A DNA stretch of 64,000 bases from Synergistaceae bacterium (lineage in GTDB: Bacteria; Synergistota; Synergistia; Synergistales; Aminobacteriaceae): positions 4,617 to 68,616 of the forward strand of contig JAAYLU010000015.1 in assembly GCA_012521675.1 (NCBI GenBank). Reading direction: 5' to 3'. The notes under the pieces were generated by a model. That model was given only the letters and a program-made list of their open reading frames with translations. It was not told the origin of the DNA and ran no database searches. Below, in pieces: positions 63,420 through 64,000 of the stretch (position 1 is the stretch's first letter; each line of letters begins with the position of its first letter). The translations under genes and the position numbers were made by a program.

Positions 63420-64000
63420 AGGACCGTGACATTGTCCTGAAAGGGACGCTTCTCCTCAAGGACTCGCTCCACAAGCGCGCTGCTCCACTCCTGCGGATCA
63501 CGCGAATAGAGGGCGAGGATGGCCTCCTCGTCAAGCGTCTTGTACAGGCCGTCCGAGCAGAGAAGCAGGGTGAAGCCGTTCGGGGGAAGCCCCTCTCCGG
63601 AGCTCAGGAGAGACCCCCTGCCGATCCTTGGTATCTCGATGTTGCCGACATAGCTGATCAAGGCCTCCCTTCTCGGGTAGCTCAGCGCCTTCTCCCAATC
63701 TATGCGCCCCCTTCTCGCCGCCCTGTCCAGGTCGTTGCCGCACGTGTGATCCTCGGTCAACGGGGTGAGGCTCTGTCCATCGGTCATGTAGAGCCGGCTG
63801 TCGCCCGCGTAGACCCAATAGACGCCTCCCTCGTGGATTACAGCGGCGACAAGGGTGGCGCCGCAGTCGCCGATGTGTCCGATTTCCGTCGAAAAGCTAT
63901 AGACTGCCTCGTTCGCATCCAGAATGGCCCTCTTGAGGGCCTCCTCGATCGTCTCGTCGAGCCCTTTCCGAGAGTATGACTCTATGAACTCGGCGACGGC
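63392..64000 (-). CDS. PP2C-family Ser/Thr phosphatase (N-terminus outside window)
   Basis: I translated the frame by hand to the window edge without stops: ...GATLVAAVIHEGGVYWVYAGDSRLYMTDG...LLLCSDGLYK...DNVTVLCL. The 3' end overlaps the kinase start by 28 nt. Confidence 0.85.
   Translation of the reverse strand, partial: AVAEFIESYSRKGLDETIEEALKRAILDANEAVYSFSTEIGHIGDCGATLVAAVIHEGGVYWVYAGDSRLYMTDGQSLTPLTEDHTCGNDLDRAARRGRIDWEKALSYPRREALISYVGNIEIPRIGRGSLLSSGEGLPPNGFTLLLCSDGLYKTLDEEAILALYSRDPQEWSSALVERVLEEKRPFQDNVTVLCLALVSEG

Noticed and set aside
1-64000. Search for mobile elements, defence systems, toxin-antitoxin pairs, prophage remnants, secondary-metabolite clusters
   Set aside because: Every substantial ORF that survives antisense and extension filtering has a housekeeping assignment. 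I saw no transposase, integrase, Cas, restriction, methylase, nuclease or TA-like translations, and no inverted terminal repeats. I cannot exclude small features below what can be detected by eye.

Overview
GC-rich (roughly 60% by eye, not computed) bacterial chromosomal segment made up almost entirely of housekeeping genes. Gene order resembles Firmicutes/Synergistota, but the taxon cannot be verified from this window. Left arm (1-15.7 kb, + strand): tldD (partial), ftsK, thiamine pyrophosphokinase, rpmB (on the - strand), xseB-ispA-dxs-tlyA-nadK-recN, rplU-prp-rpmA, obg-nadD-LCP-rsfS. At 15.7-16.1 kb gene orientation flips to convergent. This is the only sizeable non-coding gap, and it holds a degenerate ~30-bp tandem array followed by a 28-bp dif-like XerC/D site, so I read it as a probable replication terminus. 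Right arm (16.1-64 kb, - strand except one gene), listed in coordinate order: tpiA, pgk, whiA, yvcK, rapZ. Then a Moco block (mogA fusion, moaC, moaA, moeA-PBP fusion, moeA) and a SPOR protein. Then a complete dcw cluster (ftsZ back to mraZ), RNase P RNA, orphan cheR (+), and a nine-gene V-type ATPase operon. Then tRNA-Gly(CCC), a RumA-type methyltransferase, a four-subunit 2-oxoacid:ferredoxin oxidoreductase, tsaB, tsaE, nnrD, acpS, a Sel1-repeat Ser/Thr kinase and a PP2C phosphatase (partial). I found no transposase, integrase, CRISPR/cas, toxin-antitoxin, restriction-modification or other recognisable defence genes, and no convincing new multi-gene system. The most unusual signals are the non-coding terminus-like junction, a phased MraZ operator, the Sel1-repeat kinase, and the MoeA/MogA domain fusions. 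Many long ORFs in the track are antisense or N-terminal-extension artefacts of GC-rich DNA, so start codons were re-evaluated by hand where possible.
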